A stretch of 64,000 bases of DNA from an uncultured Gemmatimonadales bacterium (GCA_963798915.1 CAWCVB010000001.1:160001-224000); one strand, 5' to 3'; positions 30,801-41,793 are shown, counted from the first letter of the stretch. The notes: a model not told the origin generated them from the sequence alone. Numbers and translations: made by a program.

Positions 30801-31175
30801 CTGCTGGAACCACGGATGCTGATCCGAGGTGTGGTTGATGACCAGCTCGGTGATGACCTTGAGCTCGCGATGGTGTGCCTCCCGCAGGAAGTAGCGGAAG
30901 TCTTCCATCGAGCCGCAGTCCGGGTGGATGCTCTCATAATCGGAGATGTCGTAGCCATCGTCCTTGAGCGGCGACGGGTAGAAGGGAAGCAACCACAGCG
31001 CGGTCACGCCCAGGTCCTGCAGGTAATCCAGCTTCTCGGCGAGGCCGCGGAAATCGCCGATCCCGTCGCCGTCACTGTCGTAGAAGGCACGCACGCGTGC
31101 CTCGTAGATCACCGCATCCTTGTACCACAGGGGTGCGCGTTCGGGGCTGCTGCGTGGTGTCCGTCGGCGGGCCAT
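27816..31175 (-). CDS. treS: Trehalose synthase/maltokinase fusion (TreS-Pep2/Mak)
   Basis: WYKDAVIYE, RLDAIPY, LLAEANQW, FLRNHDELTLE; kinase half EQSNSS, RIHGDYHLGQ, IDFEGEP. Confidence 0.95.
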   Translation of the reverse strand: MARRRTPRSSPERAPLWYKDAVIYEARVRAFYDSDGDGIGDFRGLAEKLDYLQDLGVTALWLLPFYPSPLKDDGYDISDYESIHPDCGSMEDFRYFLREAHHRELKVITELVINHTSDQHPWFQQARRAPPGSRLRDYYVWSDTPERYREARIIFQDFEPSNWTWDPVAKAYFWHRFYAHQPDLNFEHPDVRRAVFRTLDYWFRMGVDGLRLDAIPYLHERDGTNCENLPETHEFLKALRRHVDERWDNRMLLAEANQWPEDAVAYFGDGDECHAAFHFPVMPRLFMGVQMEDRYPIMDILAQTPPIPESCQWALFLRNHDELTLEMVTDEERDYMYRVYAHDNRARVNLGIRRRLAPLLRNDRRQIELMNGLLFSLPGTPVLYYGDEIGMGDNFYLGDRNGVRTPMQWSADRNAGFSRANPQQLYLPVIIDPEYHYESLNVENQQNSLNSLLLWMKRLIGLRRRYGAFGRGSITFLTPSNRKVLAFIREHEGERILVVANLSRSVEYAELDLSAFRGSVPVEVFGGNRFPQVGDLPYLLTLTPHAFYWFELAGAKEGAHVAAGAGFTRPELQLRGSWDAAFRGDAAEVVEANLPGWLRRHRWFAGHARELRSVRITDAVAMPMDATSAQLLLLEATYAAGAAETYVVPTVFATGARADEIRKYHEAAIVAEVDVTGRAGREQGVIYDALEEGSFGRALLDGVSRRRVWKGRAGELSAFPGSRFRELRGPESSLEPRLLRQEQSNSSVAYGERLMLKLFRRPVDGINPELEMSGYLTEERGFGQIAPVAGHLEYRRPRDAALTLGVLLGFVPNTGDAWQFTVDELQRYFERVLVRTVHEAKVPRPSLGLFSLASTEPTELARETIGGYLNDATRLGRLTAEMHLALATETEDEAFEPEPFTSLYQRSLYQSMRNLTSRVMATLDERIGTIPDEHAKAARRLLGQKERLLQTFRELTTRKLEARRIRIHGDYHLGQVLYTGRDFVVIDFEGEPDRPVGERRLKRSPLHDVAGMLRSFDYAVHSLVMGPGGRGMLRVEDLKTLEPWAGYWYSWVSASFLGEYLRAAGDNPMLPAARAGLEMLLRVTMLEKAVYELGYELNHRPDWVGIPLRGIARLLQGRF

Positions 31176-31190
31176 TGACGTGCCTTCGAA

Positions 31191-33230
31191 TCAGAGGAAG
31201 TAGTCGAAATCCTGTTCGGTGCGGAGCCTCCGTCTGATGCGGAAGATGTGGGCCGGCGTGCTGGCGGGATCGAGCCCCACGAAGTTGGTCGGCCCATTCC
31301 ACAGATACCGGGCGTCGCCCAGCAGGTCGTGCACCTGATACGGGTGCTCCGCGTCGATGCCGAGGTCATCGAGCGGCAGGGTGACCCAGCCGTGCTGTGC
31401 GTGGTGGGGATCCAGGTTGACCACGGTCACGATGAGGTTGCCGTCCTCCGCCGCGGTCTTGGCGTAGGCCAGCAGCTCGGGGTTGTCCACCTCCAGGAAC
31501 CGGAGGGAGTTGTTGCGCTGGAGCGCCGGGTTCTCCCGCCGGATCGCGTTCACCCGGGCGACAAAGTCACGGAGGCTTCCGGGCTGGTCCAGCTGCCAAT
31601 GCCGCACCTGGTACTTCTCCGAGTCCAGGTACTCCTCGGTGCCCGGCACCGCGCGCACGTCCACCAGCTCGAACGCCGGTCCGTAGATGCCGTAGCTCGC
31701 TGACAGCGTGGCCGCGAGCACGAGCCGCGCGCGCGAGCCAGCCTTGCCGCCCGTCTGCAGGTATTCGTGCAGGATGTCCGGTGTGTTGACGAAGAAGTTG
31801 GGGCGGAGAAACTCCGACACCGGCGGCGTGGTGAGCGTGGTGAGGTACTCTTCCAGCTCTGCCCGCGTGTTGCGCCAGGTGAAGTAGGTATACGACTGCG
31901 AGAACCCTGACTTGGCGAGGTATTCCATCACCCGCGGACGGGTGAAGGCCTCCGACAGGAAGATGACGCCCGGATGCCGGCGGCGGACTTCGTCGATGAC
32001 CCATTCCCAGAACGCAAACGGCTTGGTGTGCGGGTTGTCCACCCGGAAGAGCTGCACGCCGCGCTCTACCCAGAAGAGGAACACGTCCCGCAGCGCTTCC
32101 CAGAGCGCACGCCAGTCGGGAGTCTCGAAGTTGAGCGGGTAGATGTCCTGGTATTTCTTGGGCGGGTTCTCCGCATACTGGATGCTGCCATCCGGGCGGT
32201 GACGAAACCATTCCGGGTGCACGGTCACCCACGGATGATCCGGCGCGCACTGAAAGGCAATATCGAGTGCGACTTCGAGGTCGAGCCGCGCGGCCGAGCG
32301 GACAAAGGCGTCAAAGTCATCCAGCGTGCCGAGGTCCGGGTGCACCGCCTCATGACCGCCTTCTCTCGCGCCGATGCCCCAAGGACTGCCGGGCGCGTCA
32401 GCGGGCGCCTCGGCGGTGTTGTTGGGCCCCTTCCGGTTGAGCCGGCCGATGGGGTGCACCGGCGGCAGGTACACGACATCGAACCCCATGCCCGCGACGT
32501 ATGGCAGCCGGGCAGCCGCGTCCTTGAGCGTGCCGGAGCGCGCTGGGTCGGGGGAGCTGGAACGGGGAAAGAACTCATACCATGCGCCGGCCACTGCGCG
32601 CTCCCGTTCCACCAGAACTCGCAGGGATATCGCAGAGGTCGCCGCATTGGAGCGGTCGGGGTAGGCGCTGGCGAGTCGCGCCAGCTTCTCGCCCAGCGCG
32701 GCCTCGGCACAGGTGCGCTGCGCCTCCGCGCCCCTGACAACTCTGGCGGCCTCCGCCAGCGCGGTGGCATCCCGGCCTCGCGCGCGGGCGGCCGCTTCCT
32801 CGAGCAGTGAGGCGCCCTCCAGCAGTTCGCTGCCCACGTCCAGTCCGGCATCCACTTTCTTGACGAGGCCGGCACGCCAGGAGGCAAACGCATCGATCCA
32901 TCCTTCCACCGCGTATTCCCACGTGCCCAGCCGGGGCAGCGCAAACCCGGCGCGCCACCGATCATTGCCCAGCGCCTCCATGGGCACCTCATTCCATTTC
33001 CCTTCACCCTCGCGGAAGCGGAGCACCGCGGCCACGCGGTCATGTCCCTCCGTGAACACGTCGGCTTCCACCTGGATCGAGTCGCCGATCACGCGCTTGA
33101 CCGGGAAGCGGCCGCCATCCACCTGCGGGCTCACGCCTTCCACCACGACGCGGGTGGGGCGCGCCTGGGTGGACTTGCCCGCCCGGGTGCCCACCGTGCG
33201 GCGCCGGGTGGTGGAGCGTGCCTCAGCCAT
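31191..33230 (-). CDS. glgE: Alpha-1,4-glucan:maltose-1-phosphate maltosyltransferase
   Basis: WYEFFPRS, YAENPPKKYQDIYP, FRVDNPHTKP, FLSEAFTRP, NTPDIL. Confidence 0.96.
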   Translation of the reverse strand: MAEARSTTRRRTVGTRAGKSTQARPTRVVVEGVSPQVDGGRFPVKRVIGDSIQVEADVFTEGHDRVAAVLRFREGEGKWNEVPMEALGNDRWRAGFALPRLGTWEYAVEGWIDAFASWRAGLVKKVDAGLDVGSELLEGASLLEEAAARARGRDATALAEAARVVRGAEAQRTCAEAALGEKLARLASAYPDRSNAATSAISLRVLVERERAVAGAWYEFFPRSSSPDPARSGTLKDAAARLPYVAGMGFDVVYLPPVHPIGRLNRKGPNNTAEAPADAPGSPWGIGAREGGHEAVHPDLGTLDDFDAFVRSAARLDLEVALDIAFQCAPDHPWVTVHPEWFRHRPDGSIQYAENPPKKYQDIYPLNFETPDWRALWEALRDVFLFWVERGVQLFRVDNPHTKPFAFWEWVIDEVRRRHPGVIFLSEAFTRPRVMEYLAKSGFSQSYTYFTWRNTRAELEEYLTTLTTPPVSEFLRPNFFVNTPDILHEYLQTGGKAGSRARLVLAATLSASYGIYGPAFELVDVRAVPGTEEYLDSEKYQVRHWQLDQPGSLRDFVARVNAIRRENPALQRNNSLRFLEVDNPELLAYAKTAAEDGNLIVTVVNLDPHHAQHGWVTLPLDDLGIDAEHPYQVHDLLGDARYLWNGPTNFVGLDPASTPAHIFRIRRRLRTEQDFDYFL

Positions 33231-35368
33231 CAGGAGCCACCCGGACGCGCGGCAGCGCGGAACACCATGACCGAGCGGCCAAGCACACGCGCACGTCCGC
33301 CTCGCCGGACAGCGCGGCGGGCCCATGCCGGGGCGCCGGTATCCAGAATCCGTTCCCAGTTGCGGCCCCCGCCGGCCGGCGGAAGGTGAAAGAGGATCGC
33401 GTCCGCACCGGCGTTGAGCAGGAGCAGGAACGTGTCATCGGTGATTCGTTCGCCATCGGCGTCCACCTCCTCGATGCTGTCGCCGCCGAGCCGCACCATC
33501 AGGGCGCGGGCAAAATCCATGTTCCAGTCCCGGTCGGTCATTTCCCTGCCGTTGGGCCCATACCACGTGAGGTCCTGGACGTCGGCGCCGCGAATGCGGC
33601 GGCCCTGGAAAAACTGGCGCCGGCGGAAGACGGGATGCGCTCGACGCAGCGCAATCACGTGACGAACGAAGGCAAGGAAGTCGCGGTCGGCCTCGTCGAG
33701 GTCCCAGTGGATCCAGCTGAGCGGATTGTCCTGGCAATAGGCGTTGTTATTGCCAAGCTGGGTCCGACCCATCTCGTCGCCGGCCACCAGCATCGGGACC
33801 CCCTGGCTGAGCAGCAAGGTGGCCACGAAGTTTCGCTTCTGCCGCTGGCGGAGCGCCTGGATGGCGGGGTCATCGGTGGGCCCCTCGACCCCACAGTTCC
33901 AGCTCATGTTGTTGTTGTCGCCGTCGCGATTCTCCTCGCCATTGGCCTCGTTGTGCTTTTCATTATATGACACTAGGTCCTGCAAGGTGAACCCATCGTG
34001 CGCCGTGACGAAGTTGATGCTGGCGTAGGGCCGCCTCCCGCTGTGGCCGTAGAGGTCGCTGCTGCCAGCGAGGCGCGTGGCAAACTGAGACACCTGGCCC
34101 CCGTCGCCGCGCCAGAAGCGGCGCACGCTGTCGCGGTATTTCCCGTTCCACTCGGTCCAGAGCACCGGAAAATTGCCCACCTGATAGCCACCCTCACCCA
34201 CGTCCCAGGGCTCGGCAATGAGCTTGACCTGCGACAGCACCGGATCCTGGTGGATGATGTCAAAGAAGGCGCTGAGCTTGTCTACCGCATACAGTTCGCG
34301 CGCCAGCGCGCTGGCGAGGTCAAAGCGGAAGCCGTCCACCCGCATCTCCAGCACCCAGTAGCGCAGGCTGTCCATGATGAGCTGCAACACCCGCGGATTG
34401 AGCATGTTGAGCGTGTTGCCGGTGCCGGTGAAATCCTCGTAGAAGCGCGGCGTCCGCGGCGAGAGGCGATAATAGGCCGAATTGTCGATGCCACGGAGCG
34501 AGAGCGCCGGGCCCAGGTGATTCCCCTCGGCGGTGTGATTGTACACCACGTCGAGAATCACCTCGATCCCTGCTGCATGAAACGCCCGCACCATGCTCTT
34601 GAACTCGCGCACCGACCCGCCCGGCTCGGGCGCGGCGGCGTAACGCAGGTCAGGCGCAAAGAAGGCCAGCGTGTTGTAGCCCCAGTAGTTGGTGAGTCCC
34701 CGCTCCACCAGGTGGCGATCGATGGCGTGATGATGGATGGGCATCAGCTCCACCGCCGTGACGCCGAGCTGACGCAGGTGCTGGAGGACCGGCTCAGAGG
34801 CGAGGCCCGCATAGGTGCCGCGAAGCGCCTCGGGCACATCGGGATGGAGCTGGGTCAGCCCCTTCACGTGAGCCTCGTAAATGAGGGTCTCATGCCAGGG
34901 TGTGCGGGGCGCATGGTCATTAGCCCACGTGAACGCGGTGTCGACCACCGCAGCCAGCGGGGCGAACGCCGCATTGTCCCGCTCATCCATCACCAGGTCG
35001 GCTCGGGGCGCGCCCACGCGGTAGCTGAACATTTCGTCCGCCCAGGTAAGCGTCCGGCCGATGGCCTTGGCATAGGGATCGAGCATCACCTTGAACGGAT
35101 TGAACCGATGTCCGGCTTCCGGGTCCCATGGCCCATGCACCCGATAGCCATAAAGCTGCCCTGGCCGGACGCCCAGAATGCGCGCATGCCAGACCATGTC
35201 GGTCTGCTCCCGCAGCGGGACGCAGACCGACTCGGCGCGGGCGCCAGGTCCGTCGAACAGGCAGAGATCCACCCTGGAGGCATGCTCGCTGAACAGCGCA
35301 AAATTGACGGCCAGGCCGTCCCAGGTGGCGCCAAGCGGATAGGGTGTGCCGGGCTGAATGCGCAGCAT
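33230..35368 (-). CDS. glgX: Glycogen debranching enzyme
   Basis: [48 protein letters not shown]. Confidence 0.96.
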   Translation of the reverse strand: MLRIQPGTPYPLGATWDGLAVNFALFSEHASRVDLCLFDGPGARAESVCVPLREQTDMVWHARILGVRPGQLYGYRVHGPWDPEAGHRFNPFKVMLDPYAKAIGRTLTWADEMFSYRVGAPRADLVMDERDNAAFAPLAAVVDTAFTWANDHAPRTPWHETLIYEAHVKGLTQLHPDVPEALRGTYAGLASEPVLQHLRQLGVTAVELMPIHHHAIDRHLVERGLTNYWGYNTLAFFAPDLRYAAAPEPGGSVREFKSMVRAFHAAGIEVILDVVYNHTAEGNHLGPALSLRGIDNSAYYRLSPRTPRFYEDFTGTGNTLNMLNPRVLQLIMDSLRYWVLEMRVDGFRFDLASALARELYAVDKLSAFFDIIHQDPVLSQVKLIAEPWDVGEGGYQVGNFPVLWTEWNGKYRDSVRRFWRGDGGQVSQFATRLAGSSDLYGHSGRRPYASINFVTAHDGFTLQDLVSYNEKHNEANGEENRDGDNNNMSWNCGVEGPTDDPAIQALRQRQKRNFVATLLLSQGVPMLVAGDEMGRTQLGNNNAYCQDNPLSWIHWDLDEADRDFLAFVRHVIALRRAHPVFRRRQFFQGRRIRGADVQDLTWYGPNGREMTDRDWNMDFARALMVRLGGDSIEEVDADGERITDDTFLLLLNAGADAILFHLPPAGGGRNWERILDTGAPAWARRAVRRGGRARVLGRSVMVFRAAARPGGS

Positions 35369-35411
35369 GACGAACGATAGTCGCATGTGGCAGGATGGCG
35401 AGGCGGGCAGG

Positions 35412-35512
35412 TGGTCGTCGGTCGTCGGTCGTCGGTGGTCGGTCGTCGGTCGTCGGTCGTCAGTCGTCGGTCGTCGGTCGTCAGTCGTCAGTCGTCGGTA
35501 GTCGGTAGTCGG
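35412..35512 (+). repeat. Heptamer array (GGTCGTC/AGTCGTC) x about 13
   Basis: Read directly; upstream of glgX. Confidence 0.9.
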
Positions 35513-35524
35513 CCTGCGAGATCT

Positions 35525-35612
35525 GTCATCCTGAGCGAAGCGAAGGATCTACTCACCGGCGTCGGGACCCGGACCAGTAGATCCTTCGGCCGCTTCGCGG
35601 CCTCTGGATGAC
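35525..35612. repeat. REP-like palindrome GTCATCCTGAGCGAAGCGAAGGATCT...AGATCCTTCG..GGATGAC
   Basis: GTCA/TGAC termini with internal complementarity. Confidence 0.8.
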
Positions 35613-35637
35613 ACCTGCTGTGACATCTGCCTCAAGA

Positions 35638-35795
35638 AGTGTCGCCGCAGGCGACATTTGCCGAGCAGCGGCTCTCAGCCCCGTGATGACCGATTGCCCG
35701 ACATCGCCTCAGGCAGTGTCGCCGCGGGCGACATTTGCCGAGCAGCGGCTCTCAGCCGCGTGACATGTGCCGAGCAGAGGCTCTCAGCCCCGTGA
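35638..35795. repeat. REP-like family C, two full copies and one partial copy
   Basis: GTGTCGCCGCAGGCGACATTTGCCGAGCAGCGGCTCTCAGCCCCGTGA repeated; the last copy overlaps the stop of the adjacent CDS. Confidence 0.88.
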
Positions 35796-36338
35796 GGCCG
35801 CCGGGCCGAGCCGCGATTCGCGAGTCGCAACGGTGTCCACCTCACAACGCGCCAGCGGGGCCAGTCGAGGCTCGGCGCCTAGCCAGTAAAGGCCGTTGGC
35901 CATGATGCAGAAACCGGTGGCCGCAAACCAGACCATGGCTGTCCCCACAAAGGCGGTGAAGGCGAGCCACCAGAGACTGAAGCTGAGGGCGAGCACCGTG
36001 GCGATCGAGATGTTGATGCCCACTGCGAGATAGATGCGGCGCTCAAGGTACCACTTGTCGGTCTGCATCCGGTACCAGCGCGGGCGAACTTCGCTGGGGG
36101 CCGCCAGTTTGGGCTCGAAGCCCAGCCGGTAGAGCAGGTTGCCGACCAGGCAGAAGCCGGTGAGGGAAACGATCACTGATGCCGCGCCAGTGGCGATGAT
36201 GAGCAGCGCCCAGAGCGGGTCCACCCAGATGGCCAGGGCCGTCCCCGCAAGCAGGACAATGCCGGCGATCAGCCAGACGGTCCGCTCGATGTACCAGCGG
36301 TTGGTCGGCACCATGTAAATGCCCTTCCGGAATTTCAT
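35784..36338 (-). CDS. Tandem YgaP/DUF2892-like membrane protein
   Basis: Internal duplication WY[IL]ER..[IV]G..TGFC..N.LY.LG; last gene of the hyp operon. Confidence 0.8.
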   Translation of the reverse strand: MKFRKGIYMVPTNRWYIERTVWLIAGIVLLAGTALAIWVDPLWALLIIATGAASVIVSLTGFCLVGNLLYRLGFEPKLAAPSEVRPRWYRMQTDKWYLERRIYLAVGINISIATVLALSFSLWWLAFTAFVGTAMVWFAATGFCIMANGLYWLGAEPRLAPLARCEVDTVATRESRLGPAASRG

Positions 36339-36360
36339 CGCGATCATCCTCCGGGACTGG

Positions 36361-37425
36361 TCAGCAGATGCGCGGGAGCTGGTCGCCGGGCAGCATATCC
36401 ACCACCCGTGTGCCACCGATGGCCGTATGCATCACGACCATCCCCTGGTGTCCGGCAACCACCTGCCCAATATATCGCGCGTCCGCGCCCAGCGGGTCCA
36501 TCCGCAGTGCAGCCAGTGCTTCTTCCTTCCGGGCGCCCGGAACGAAGGCCACCAGCACACCCTCGTTGGCAACGTAGAGCGGGTCCAGCCCCAGCATCTC
36601 ACATGCTGCCGCCACCGGGCCAGGCACCGGGACGGCGGCTTCGTCGAGTTCGATGCCCACACCTGATGCCGCGGCGATCTCATTCAGCGCACTGGCCACG
36701 CCGCCCCGCGTCGGATCGCGAAGGACATGCAGGTCGGCGCCCAGGCATGCACCCAGCCGGCTGACCAGGGGATGGAGCAGCGCCGAATCGCTCTCGATTG
36801 CCGCCTCGAACGCCAGCCCCTCGCGCGCGGCCATGATCGCCATGCCATGCCGGCCGATGGGCCCGCTCACGAGAACCGCGTCGCCGGGTTGGGCGCGATG
36901 CGGTGCCGGGCGCACCACCGGATCCATCACGCCGAGGCCAGTGGTGCTGATGTAGATCCGGTCGGCCTTCCCCCGCTCCACCACCTTGGTGTCGCCGGTG
37001 ACCAGCGGCACGTTGGCGGCGCGCGCCGCACCGGCCATCGCAACGATGATGCGGTCGAGCAGGTCGAACTCCAGCCCTTCCTCGATGACGAAACCAGTCG
37101 CCAGCCATCGGGGCGCTGCACCCATCATCGCAAGGTCGTTGAGCGTACCGTGCACCGCCAGCGAGCCGATGTTCCCGCCGGGAAACTCCACCGGACTCAC
37201 CACAAAGGTGTCCGTGGAGAAGGCCAACTCCTCACCGGACACCGCAAGGACGGCGGCGTCGCCCAGCTGCTGCAGGATGGGATTGCTGAAATGAGGAAGG
37301 AACCGGTCGCGCAGCAGCGCCGCGCTCATCTTGCCGCCCGACCCGTGCCCCAGCTGCACCCGTCCGCCGGTGGACAGCGGCGCCGGGCACGCCAGCCCAT
37401 CCGCCAGTCGAAGTGTGCTGGTCAT
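36361..37425 (-). CDS. hypE: Hydrogenase maturation carbamoyl dehydratase
   Basis: [29 protein letters not shown] and C-terminal PRIC. Confidence 0.97.
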   Translation of the reverse strand: MTSTLRLADGLACPAPLSTGGRVQLGHGSGGKMSAALLRDRFLPHFSNPILQQLGDAAVLAVSGEELAFSTDTFVVSPVEFPGGNIGSLAVHGTLNDLAMMGAAPRWLATGFVIEEGLEFDLLDRIIVAMAGAARAANVPLVTGDTKVVERGKADRIYISTTGLGVMDPVVRPAPHRAQPGDAVLVSGPIGRHGMAIMAAREGLAFEAAIESDSALLHPLVSRLGACLGADLHVLRDPTRGGVASALNEIAAASGVGIELDEAAVPVPGPVAAACEMLGLDPLYVANEGVLVAFVPGARKEEALAALRMDPLGADARYIGQVVAGHQGMVVMHTAIGGTRVVDMLPGDQLPRIC

Positions 37426-38534
37426 GGTGCCACCACCGGCGTGGATTCCCGAAAGCGACCATAGTTGTAGTAGGCGGCGCAGGCGCCTTCGGTCGAGACC
37501 ATCGGTGCGCCGAGGGGCCGTTCCGGCGTGCACCGGCCGCCGAAGGCACTGCACTGATGCGGCTTGAGCTGTCCGGTGAGCACGGCGCCGGCCTGACACT
37601 CGGCTGGCTCCGCTACCGTGATCTTGCCCATTTGGAAGCGCGACTCGGCATCGTACGCGGCAAATTGCTCGCGCAGCTTGAGCCCGCTGGCCGGAATGGT
37701 GCCAATGCCGCGCCACTTTCGGTCCACCACCTCGAACACCTGGTCCACCAGCGTCCGCGCCGGCACGGTTCCATCCCGCCGCACCGCACGCACATACTGA
37801 TTCTCCACCTCGTACCGGCCCATCTCGAGCTGGCGCACGGCCATGTAGATCCCCTCGAGGATATCGAGCGGCTCGAATCCGGTCACCACGATGGGCACCT
37901 TGAATCCCGCGGCGATGGGCTCGTACTCGGTCCAGCCCATGACGCTGCAGACATGGCCCGCCGCGAGAAAAGCCTGCACCCGATTGGCGGGATCGCTGAG
38001 CAGTGCCACCATGGCCGGCGGAACGGTCACGTGCGACACCAGCATGCTGAAGTTCGTGACGCCGAGCTGGTGCGCACGCCAGACCGCCATGGCATTGGCG
38101 GGCGCGGTCGTCTCGAACCCGACGGCAAAGAATACCACCTGGCGATCGGGATTTCGGATGGCGAGCTCCACCGCATCCAGCGGCGAATACACGATACGCA
38201 CCTCCCCGCCCCGGGCACGGATCTGCTGCAGGTCGCAGTCACTGCCCGGCACGCGCAGCATGTCGCCGAAGGAGGTGAAGATCACCTCGGGCCGAGCGGC
38301 GATGGCCATGGCCTTGTCAATCTGCTCGAGCGGAGTGACACAGACCGGGCAGCCGGGCCCGTGAATCATTTCCACCATCCCGTCCAGCAGCTGATCCAGG
38401 CCCTGCCGCACGATCGTATGGGTCTGCCCGCCGCAGACCTCCATGAGCACCCAGGGGCGAGTGACGGTCGCCTTGATGAGCGACAACAGTGCCTTGGCCA
38501 TGGCCGGATCGCGATACTCGCTCAGGTATTTCAT
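37422..38534 (-). CDS. hypD: Hydrogenase maturation protein HypD
   Basis: [30 protein letters not shown]. Confidence 0.97.
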   Translation of the reverse strand: MKYLSEYRDPAMAKALLSLIKATVTRPWVLMEVCGGQTHTIVRQGLDQLLDGMVEMIHGPGCPVCVTPLEQIDKAMAIAARPEVIFTSFGDMLRVPGSDCDLQQIRARGGEVRIVYSPLDAVELAIRNPDRQVVFFAVGFETTAPANAMAVWRAHQLGVTNFSMLVSHVTVPPAMVALLSDPANRVQAFLAAGHVCSVMGWTEYEPIAAGFKVPIVVTGFEPLDILEGIYMAVRQLEMGRYEVENQYVRAVRRDGTVPARTLVDQVFEVVDRKWRGIGTIPASGLKLREQFAAYDAESRFQMGKITVAEPAECQAGAVLTGQLKPHQCSAFGGRCTPERPLGAPMVSTEGACAAYYNYGRFRESTPVVAP

Positions 38535-38806
38535 GCCGGCCCCCATGCCGCGACTTCCTGCATCCACTCGAGCTCGTCCAGCTGGCTCATCTGCCGAAGC
38601 GCCTCGTAGGTGCGACGCGCCTCCTCTTCCTCCACCACCGAGATGGCAAAGCCCACGTGCACAATCACGTAATCCCCGTCCTTCACCTCATTGGCGACGT
38701 ACTCCAGGCAGACGTCACGCTTGACCCCGCCGAAATCCACCAGGCCCATGGTGATCCCGCGATCGTCGTGGATCCCGGAGATTCGGCCAGGAATGCCGAG
38801 ACACAT
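38531..38806 (-). CDS. hypC: Hydrogenase chaperone HypC
   Basis: MCLGIPG and [11 protein letters not shown]. Confidence 0.97.
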   Translation of the reverse strand: MCLGIPGRISGIHDDRGITMGLVDFGGVKRDVCLEYVANEVKDGDYVIVHVGFAISVVEEEEARRTYEALRQMSQLDELEWMQEVAAWGPA

Positions 38807-38818
38807 GACAACCTCCTT

Positions 38819-41128
38819 CTAGGCGCGGCCGGCGCTGAGCCGGGCCGCGGCAATAGCCGCCTGGCCGTAGCTGATGGCGCCGTCGTTGGGTGGCAGGAGC
38901 CGGGGAACAAGCACGCGAAATCCGAGCGCGGTGAGACGGTGATCGAGCGATTCGAGCAGTCGCGCATTCTGGAAGCTGCCGCCGCCAAGCGCGATGGTGT
39001 CGAGGCCCTGCGCGTCGGCGAGTCGGATCGCCATGACTTCAATGGCGCGCGCCACCGAGGCATGAAAATCGGCGGCGAGATCGGCGGGATGGTCGCCCTG
39101 GAGGAGTCGGGCGCCGAGGCGCGCGAGCAACGGCACGGGGTCGATGACCAGCTCACCAGCATCCTCCATGACATGGCACCGGCGTTCGCTGGCGGGACGG
39201 CGGCTGGCCAGCGCTTCCAGTTCCATGGCCGCCTGGCCCTCGTACTGTGAGTGCTGGCGGACGCCCAGCACTGCCGCGGCAGCATCGAACAGGCGCCCCA
39301 TGGACGAGGCCATCGGCGCATTGAGACCACGCTCGATCTGGAGTCGCGCCACCGCCAGTTCGGTGGGATCGATGCCATCGAGGGCGGCAGCAAAGCATTC
39401 GTGGTACGATGGCTCGAGCGACAGATAACCCAGGGCCGCGCGCCACGGCGCGCGAGCGGCAAGATCACCGCCAGGCATCGGCGCCGACCGGAAATGCGCC
39501 AGTCGGCGATACTGGAGCAGGTCCGCCAGCAGGAATTCGGCGCCCCAGCTGGTGCCGTCGTCACCGGCACCGGTGCCGTCCATCGCCACCCCAAGCACTG
39601 GCCCCGTCACATCGTGCTCGGCCATGACCGCGGCGATATGCGCATGGTGATGCTGCACCACGATGACGTGCTCAAGCTCCAGTTCGTTGGCAATGCGCGT
39701 CGAGAGATACCCCTCATGCAGGTCGCGCACGGCGACGCGCGGTTCGATGCGGAAGAGCTGGCGGAACGTCTGGAGGCTGCTCCGGAAATGCTCGAGCGAC
39801 TCCAGGCTATCCAGGTCGCCAATGTGTTGACTCACGAATGCATGCGCGCCGGTCGCCAGCGTGAACGTGTTCTTGAGGTGCGGCCCGACGGCGACGAGCG
39901 GATGCGGCGCGGCCACCGGGAGTGGCAGCGGCATGGGCGCATAGCCGCGCGCGCGCCGCAACAGCACACGCTGCCCCGCGACGACCCGCGCCACCGAGTC
40001 GTCGTAGCGGGCTTCGATCTCGCGATCGTGGAGCAGGAAGCCATCAGCCACGTCACCAAGGCGCGTCATGGCCTCGTCGTTGCCGATGGCGATCGGCTCC
40101 TCGCTCAGGTTGCCGCTGGTCATGACCAGCGGGCGACCGGCTTCCCGCAGGAGCAGATGATGCAGCGGCGTGGCCGCGAGCATGATGCCCAGCACCGCAA
40201 GGCCCGGCGCCACCGATGGTGCAAGATCGGCATCGCCCCGTCGCGACAGCAGCACGATGGGACGCTCCGGCGAGGCGAGCAGGCGAGCTTCGACGCTGTT
40301 CACCGCTGCCAGCTGCCGCGCCTCGTCCAGCGTCCCGACCATGAGGGCGAGGGGCTTGGCGTCGCGATGCTTCCGCAGGCGCAGCCGGAGCACCGCCGAT
40401 TCGTTGGTGGCGTCGGCCGCGAGGTGAAAGCCCCCCAGCCCCCGGACCGCGATGATGCCGCCATCGAGCAGGACCGCGGCCGCGGTCGAGAGCGCCCGCT
40501 CGGCGCCGTCCAGAACCCGGCCGTCTCCGTCACGATACCAGAGTCGCGGTCCGCACTCGGGACAACTGTTGGTCTCCGAGTGATGGCGCCGATCTCCCGG
40601 CTCGCGATACTCGGCCAGGCAGGCGGTGCACTGGATGAACGGCGCCATGGTCGTGCGTTCGCGATCATACGGCATCGACCGGATCACGGTAAAGCGGGGC
40701 CCGCAGTCGGTGCAGGTGATGAAGGGGTAGCGATAGCGCCGATTGGCGGAGTCAAGCAGCTCCGTCTCGCAGGCGGCGCAGAGCGCCACATCGGGCGACA
40801 CCGGCTGCCTCCGACCCGGCTGGTCCACGCTCTCGAGAATGACAAAGCCGTCGAGGCCGGACGGCTCGCCCTGCTCGACGAGGACGGCATCGATGCGCGC
40901 CAGTGGTGGCGCTTCGTACTCGAGAGCATGCCGGAACGCTTCGAGGCCTGCCACCGGGCCCTCGGCGCAGATCACCACCTCGCCCGACGTATTGCGTACC
41001 GAGCCGGCGAGGTCATGCCTGAGCGCCAGCCGGTGCACAAACGGACGGAAGCCCACACCCTGCACCAGGCCGGTGACGCGAAGGTGCCAGGCGGCGCGGG
41101 CTTCGGGCGGGGCCAGCGTGGTCAGCAC
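38819..41128 (-). CDS. hypF: Carbamoyltransferase HypF
   Basis: GLVQGVGFRPF acylphosphatase domain, zinc fingers (CTDCGPRF, CPECGP), QHHHAH, PPNDGAISYGQ. Confidence 0.97.
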   Translation of the reverse strand: MLTTLAPPEARAAWHLRVTGLVQGVGFRPFVHRLALRHDLAGSVRNTSGEVVICAEGPVAGLEAFRHALEYEAPPLARIDAVLVEQGEPSGLDGFVILESVDQPGRRQPVSPDVALCAACETELLDSANRRYRYPFITCTDCGPRFTVIRSMPYDRERTTMAPFIQCTACLAEYREPGDRRHHSETNSCPECGPRLWYRDGDGRVLDGAERALSTAAAVLLDGGIIAVRGLGGFHLAADATNESAVLRLRLRKHRDAKPLALMVGTLDEARQLAAVNSVEARLLASPERPIVLLSRRGDADLAPSVAPGLAVLGIMLAATPLHHLLLREAGRPLVMTSGNLSEEPIAIGNDEAMTRLGDVADGFLLHDREIEARYDDSVARVVAGQRVLLRRARGYAPMPLPLPVAAPHPLVAVGPHLKNTFTLATGAHAFVSQHIGDLDSLESLEHFRSSLQTFRQLFRIEPRVAVRDLHEGYLSTRIANELELEHVIVVQHHHAHIAAVMAEHDVTGPVLGVAMDGTGAGDDGTSWGAEFLLADLLQYRRLAHFRSAPMPGGDLAARAPWRAALGYLSLEPSYHECFAAALDGIDPTELAVARLQIERGLNAPMASSMGRLFDAAAAVLGVRQHSQYEGQAAMELEALASRRPASERRCHVMEDAGELVIDPVPLLARLGARLLQGDHPADLAADFHASVARAIEVMAIRLADAQGLDTIALGGGSFQNARLLESLDHRLTALGFRVLVPRLLPPNDGAISYGQAAIAAARLSAGRA

Positions 41129-41793
41129 GGAACCCCGGCCTGGACCGCATTGCGCAGGAAGCGAAACCAGTCTTGCAGTCCCTCGCCGGTCCGCGCCGAC
41201 GTCTCGAAGAACTCGATATCGCGATTCACCTCGCGGGCGTAGCGCATGGCGGCCAGGATATCGAAATCGAGGTACGGGAGCAGGTCTATCTTGTTGATGA
41301 TGGCGTACCGCGCCATGCTGAAGGCCTTGGGATACTTGGCCGGCTTGTCCTCGCCCTCGGTGACCGAGAACACCACGATCTTGGCCAGCTCGCCCAGGTC
41401 CCAGCTCGCTGGACACACCAGGTTGCCCACATTCTCGAGGAAGAGCAGCCGGGTGGACGACAGGTCAATGGCCTCGAGCGCGTTCTTCACCTGGCTCGCA
41501 TCGAGGTGACAGGCGCCGTGGGTCACCACCGCCTGCACCAGGCGTGGGGTATGGCGCGCCAGCCGGTCGGCGTCATTCCGGGTCTGCACGTCGCCGGTCA
41601 CCACGGCCACGCCCAGCTCCTCGCCCAGTTCGGCCAGCGTGCGCTCCAGCAGCAGCGTCTTACCCGAGCCGGGCGATGAAATCAGGTTGAACGCCGTGAC
41701 TCCTGCTTCGGTCAGCATCTGGCGCACTTCGGCGGCGATTTCGTCGTTGCGGGCCATGACCCGCTCGCGGACTTCAATGGTCCGGACAGCCAT
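41122..41793 (-). CDS. hypB: Hydrogenase nickel-insertion GTPase HypB
   Basis: SSPGSGKT, ACHLDA, ENVGNLVCPA, NKIDL; no His-rich N-terminus. Confidence 0.97.
   Translation of the reverse strand: MAVRTIEVRERVMARNDEIAAEVRQMLTEAGVTAFNLISSPGSGKTLLLERTLAELGEELGVAVVTGDVQTRNDADRLARHTPRLVQAVVTHGACHLDASQVKNALEAIDLSSTRLLFLENVGNLVCPASWDLGELAKIVVFSVTEGEDKPAKYPKAFSMARYAIINKIDLLPYLDFDILAAMRYAREVNRDIEFFETSARTGEGLQDWFRFLRNAVQAGVPC

Noticed and set aside
28260..31178. Long plus-strand ORFs antisense to treS, glgX, hypF and hyaB
   Set aside because: Shadow ORFs typical of high-GC codon bias, with no motifs.
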